DNA of 64,000 bases from Mobula hypostoma (lineage: Eukaryota), in NCBI RefSeq assembly GCF_963921235.1, contig NC_086097.1:85562001-85626000 (forward strand). The letters run 5' to 3'. Every line of letters begins with the position of its first letter. Position 1 is the stretch's first letter. The position numbers were made by a program, and so were the translations under genes. Under the pieces are notes generated by a model. The model searched no databases and was not told the DNA's origin. It was given only the letters and a program-made list of their open reading frames with translations. Of this stretch, positions 59,159 through 64,000 are shown piece by piece.

Positions 59159-61325
59159 TTGAATTGAATTGACTTTATTTCTTACATCCTTCACATACAT
59201 GAGGAGTAAAAATCTTTGTTACGTCTCCATCTAAATGTGCAATTGATAGTCATTTGTAATAAATAGTATGTACAACAGGACAGTCAATATAACATGGAAA
59301 TACAATTGTATCAGCATGAGCTGATCAGTCTGATGGTGGTGGAAGAAGCTGACCTGGAGCCTGTTGGTCCGGGCTTTAATGCTGCAGTACTGTTTCCCAT
59401 ATGGCAGCAGCTGGAACAGTTGTGGTTGGGGTGACTTGGGTCCCCAATGATCCTTCAGGCCACTTTTATGCACCCGTCTCTTTAAATGTCCTGAATAGTG
59501 GGACTACAGATGTGCTTTGCTGTCCGCACCACTCTCTGCAGAGTCCTGCGATCGAGGGAAGTACAGTTTCCATACTAGGCAGTGATGCAGCCAGTCAGGA
59601 TGCTCTCAATTGTGCACTTTTAGAAAGTCCTTAGGATCTGGGGACTCATACCAGGCTATTTCAACCGTCTGAGGTGAAAAAAGTGCTGTTGTGCTTTTTT
59701 CACCACACAGCCAGTATGTACAGACTACGTGAGATCCTTGGTGATGTATATGCCAAGGGACTTAAAGTTGTTCACCCTCTCAACCCCAGATCCATTGATG
59801 TCAATAGGGGTTAGCCTGTCTCCATTCCTCCTGTAGTCCACAAACAGCTCCTTTGTTTTTGTGACATTGAGGGAGAGGTTGTTTTCTTGACACCACTGTG
59901 TCAGGGTGATGACTTCTTCTCTGTTGGCTGCCTTGAGATTAAATCAATGTAGTGTCATCAACAAATTTAATTAGCAGATTGGTGCTGTGGGTGGCAACAC
60001 ATTGCTGGACATACGGAGAGTAAAGGAGGGGGCTTAGGACACAGCCTTGAGGGGCACCTGTGTTGAGGGTCAGAGGTGAGGAGGCCCACTCTTACCACCT
60101 GCTGGTGATCTGACGGGAAGTCCAGGATCCAGCTGCACATGGCAGGGTGAAGGCCAAGGTCTCTGAGCTTCTTGTCAAGCCTGGAGAGAGTTATGGTGTT
60201 GAATGCTAAACTATAATCCAAGAACAGCATTCTCACATAAGCATCCTTCTGCAGACGTGTAAGGATGGTGTGTAGACCTGTGGCTATTGCATCATCTATT
60301 GATGTGTTGTGTCGGTAGGTGAATTGTAGGGAGTCCAGTGTTGGGGGTAGCAAGCTGCAGATGTAGTCCTTGATCAGCCGCTCCAAGTATTTGCTTATTA
60401 TTGCAGTGAGTGCGACAGGACGCCAGTTGTTCAGACACGTTACCTCGGTCGTCTTAGGTACAAGAACAATGGTGGATGTTTTGAAGCAGAAGGGTACTCT
60501 ACACTGGGAGAGGAAGAGATTAAGAATGTCCAGTTGTGCTGCACACATCCTGAATACCCACCCTGGGAGGCCGTCCGGTCCCACAGCCTTGCGACTGTCC
60601 ACTTGTTGGAAACACCTGCGTACTTCAGCCTCAGAGATGAGCAAGGTGCAGGTCTCTTCAGCGGCTCTCCTCGGTGTTGGTGACATCAAACTGAGTGTAA
60701 AAAAGATTTGGCTCAACTGGGAGAGAGGCAGCGATGTTGGCAGCACCACTGCGTTTAGCTTTGAAGTCTGTGATGGTGTACAGACCTTGCCACAAGTTGC
60801 ATGTGTTGCTGGCAGAGAGTTGTGTCTGGATCTTGTCCCTGCATTGTCATTTCACTGCCTTAATGACTTTGCATAGATCGTAGCTACATTTTTTGAGTTC
60901 CTGTTGGTTACCAGCAATGTAAGCTCTGTCTCACGTGATAAGTGCTGCTCGCACAGAACTGTTGATCCAAGGTTTCTGGTTTTGGTAGACCCTGACCGAT
61001 TTCTGGGGGACGACATCTTCCATGCACTTCTGGATGATACTCGTGACCTGTCCGTGAACTTGGAGACATCCTCATCACGCACGACATTCCAGTTGATGTC
61101 ATCAAAGCAGTCCTGCAGCATGAAGACTGATTGGTCGGACCAACAGTGGACGGTTTTAACTATGGCCACCTGTACATTGGCAGAAGCAAGTTGGACAAGT
61201 GATCCGCCTTTCCAAATGGCGGATGGAGGAGTGCTTTGTAAGCATTGTGGAAGGGAGGGTAGTAGTGGTCAAGTATACTATCTCCCCGTGTCCTCACCTG
61301 GATGTGTTGACAAAACTTAAACTTT
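59159..61325 (-). mobile_element. Rex1/Babar-like LINE (APE end + RT + 3' UTR), 5'-truncated
   Basis: TRGDSILDHYY..NAYKALLHPPFGKADH, KAVGPDGLPG, WRPVALTAII, LQFTYRHN, MLFLDYSLAFNTI and an (attca)n tail. Confidence 0.88.
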
Positions 61326-62589
61326 AGACAGCGATGCTCTGTTAATGTCTCCAGCAATGACGTAAGGGTGAAGAGAATATTGAATGTAACAGACCTTACG
61401 ATGGAATTTGAGGCTGCTTCCATTTAACCCTATTCATGTGTATGAGTTCATTAAATTTTGTCCATGATGCTTCTCTTGCCGTTTACCTCTCCTATAACTT
61501 CCTCGCACTGCTACTCCATCTCGGCTAGAGGAAGACTTCCTGTAGCCGTTGGTGAGCTGGATCTCCCTACACCTCTGGATATCACCTGTTAAACCACAAT
61601 CTCAATATTGCATACGTTTCTAGTCACCACATTACAGGAGAGGTACTGGAGAGGGTGCCGGGGAGTCTGACATTTCCAGAAGTGGAATCTTTTACCTGTA
61701 AGAAAAGACTGTATGGGCTGGGGTTGTTCCTTTACAGATGAGGAGTTGCTGTGGAGAGATTTGGTTTAAAAGGAGTTAAAATTAGAGTCCTGGAATTGTA
61801 GAGCACAGAAACAGGTCCTTCAGTTCACCATCGTTTCTATTTTTCCTAATCCCACTTTCATGTTTTAACTTCGTATCCCTCAATCCTCTGCTCATTCAAG
61901 TGCCTATCAACAGCTTAAAATTGAGGACTTGGATGTGCAGTGTTTATCCAAGTCCCGGGGGAGTGAGGGGTCCAGAACTTGGAGCCATGCTTGACGGTGA
62001 ACATAGACATCCCACACACTTAAACAGTATTTGGAAGTGCTCTCAAAGAGCACAGATCGAGTGCAGGAAGATGGGATTAAGCTGAGAAGCTCTTATAACT
62101 AATTCAGACCCAGAGGGCTATGTGGCATGCATCTGTTATGTAAGCCCTCTATGATCCCATCTACCATCTGGAAATGACTTTGTATGCGGTTCTTCAGTGA
62201 CAGCAGGTGTACTTTGGATCTGCAAATCCACTTCACCTCCCCTTCACTTTCACATGACTTTTAAGTGTAACTAATTTGATAAAATGACAATAGACTTGAC
62301 GAGACCACCAGGCAGCACTCTCTCACATCAGGACTCGCATCGGAGGATTGCGGGACACACTCCAGTCCGTGTGCTGCCATTCAGGTGAGGAATGGCTGGC
62401 CAGCAAAACGCAGACTTCCAGTGGTGGTTGGATTCAGTGCTCACTTCTAAGAGGTGGAGCCATACTGTCAGTTAGTTAGCACTGATTGATAATCTCAATG
62501 GACATCAGTCTCACCCTAAAGCACCGGAAAGTCACTCAGACCTCTTAATGCACGAGGTCCACACATAAAACACACGCAGTTCAATCTGG

Positions 62590-62750
62590 TTAGGCCGCAT
62601 GTACAGTATTGCATCAATTCCTTTTACTTCATTAAACAAAGGATGTGGAGGCTTTGGAGAGGATGCAGAAGTGGTTTACCTGGATGCTGTCCGGTTTAGA
62701 GGGCATGTGCTATTAGAGATTAGACAAACTTGCTTCTTCCCCCTCTGGAG
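62590..62750 (+). mobile_element. Old CR1 3' fragment (host of the hAT MITEs)
   Basis: ggatgtggaggctttggagaggatgcagaag..tttacc.ggatgctg...ctctggag. The sequence resumes after 63391 (agaggctgatggaagacccgatagag) and 63499 (gtttataagattatgaga). Confidence 0.6.
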
Positions 62751-63383
62751 CAGTGGTCCCCAATCTCCGGACCGCAGACCGATACCGGGCTGTGAAGCAT
62801 GCAGGGGTGCAGCAGTAGCCAGAGCGCACCCAACACATCTTTAAGAAAAAAGCCGAAATAAACAAGCTAACTAATTAGGTGCTGCCCGGCACGTAAATGT
62901 CGGCTCAGATCAGAGGCGATTGATGATTTCACTTGCTCTACGCGATGTTCACTCCTCCTTCCAGGGCGCTGGAGCCTTTAGCTGTTCCATTGTTTGGTCA
63001 ATTTAAACGCTAGCCCAGACAGGCTGAAAAGACAAGGCTGTCAGGATCCAGGTGACATGTTGAATCTACACAAACTTCTAATAAAGTATAGGCACTGCTG
63101 TGCTTTCTTTTTAATGACAGTTATGTGCTGGTCCCAGGACAGATCCTCTGACACTTTTCAGAGAGAGAAATGTCGATCCTTAATGCCGAAGAATATAAAG
63201 TTATTGACCCTCTCCACCTCAGTTCCTCTAATGAAGACTGGATTCTGGGTGGCACCTAATTAATTAGCTTGTTTATTTCGGCTTTTTTCTTAAAGATGTG
63301 CTGGGTGCATTCCGGTTACCGTTGTACCCTTGCATGCTTCGCGGCCCGGTATCGGTCTGCAGCCTGGAGGTTGGGGACCACTG
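62751..63383. mobile_element. hAT-type MITE with ~135-bp TIRs enclosing a Rex1 LINE fragment
   Basis: cagtggtccccaa...gccgaaataaacaagctaactaattaggtgc (62751-62883) is inverted at 63251-63383 (...ttggggaccactg). CAG termini. The 8-bp TSD is not intact. Confidence 0.75.
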
Positions 63384-63419
63384 AACGAGAGCAACCAGAG
63401 GCTGATGGAAGACCCGATA

Positions 63420-63499
63420 GAGTCCCAACCTCTTTTATGTCATGGACCCCTACCATTCACTGAGGTTCCATGGACTGGGCCCCAGATTGGGAACCCCTG
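63420..63499. mobile_element. Tiny hAT-like MITE remnant
   Basis: gtcccaacc...ttgggaacccctg termini with an internal catggaccc/ggttccatg inverted repeat. Confidence 0.5.
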
Positions 63500-63594
63500 T
63501 AGGTTTATAAGATTATGAGAGCCAGCTTCAAAATATTTAATACTAGAAGACTTGCAATTAAGGTGAGATGGGTAAGTTCAACAGAGATCTGTGG

Positions 63595-64000
63595 TGTTAT
63601 GTTTTGTAACTCTAAAACATAAAATTGATAGAAGGAAAAATATGGGAGCTGGGGATAACGTGTATGTTTAGTTTTACTTTTGTGAAGCAAGCAAAAATGG
63701 TGGAATGACGTATGCCATATGATGTATAAACCATAGTAAATTATGTAAACAACACAGAATGTTTAAACAATGTATTTACAATATTACTCAAATATAACTG
63801 TAACATTAAATACACAACGCTCCGCTCTGCTGAGCTATAATCTCCAACTCAGTATAGAATGCATCTGAACTTGTACACATATAGATATATAAAAATAATA
63901 GAACTACTATATAGACATCTCAACAGAGGAAATTTTAAGTTGTCCCATTCAGACTTAAAGGCTTAATTGCTGTGGAGACTTTCTTACTATTGAGGGATAA
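63595..64000 (-). mobile_element. Gypsy-like LTR retrotransposon 3' end (LTR 63595-63819, PPT, end of pol), continuing beyond the window
   Basis: tgttatg...cacaac(g) LTR-like block with an adjacent purine-rich tract on the minus strand. Minus-strand translation at the window end gives YPSIVRKSPQQLSL*, like Gypsy integrase tails (YPxRxRxPPxRL). Confidence 0.6.

Overview
This is eukaryotic, repeat-dense, apparently gene-free (intergenic or intronic) vertebrate DNA. The repeat mix (V-SINEs, CR1, Rex1/Babar, L1, Penelope pseudo-LTRs, Tc1) suggests a cartilaginous fish, probably a ray; this is my inference and was not verified. I found no convincing host protein-coding exon, and nearly every ORF in the track is a fragment or antisense shadow of a transposable element. 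Three structures stand out. (1) A degenerate class III (ERV-L/ERV-S-like) endogenous retrovirus with a gamma-type env (ISD plus CX6C motif) is spread over about 6.9-24.3 kb. It is split by a 13-kb nest (CR1 > CR1 + L1 > SINE), and a 21-copy 23-bp minisatellite has grown out of its protease active-site flank. (2) A near full-length Penelope-like element (RT + GIY-YIG, about 43.0-46.7 kb) has pseudo-LTRs carrying minimal hammerhead-ribozyme motifs, and at least 7 solo or rearranged pLTR copies lie elsewhere in the window. (3) DNA transposons and related pieces include a Helitron derivative, a DD34E Tc1 nested in another Tc1 derivative, a hAT MITE carrying a LINE fragment, and a Gypsy LTR end. 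Coordinates of degenerate elements are approximate, and family names come from motif recognition by eye.
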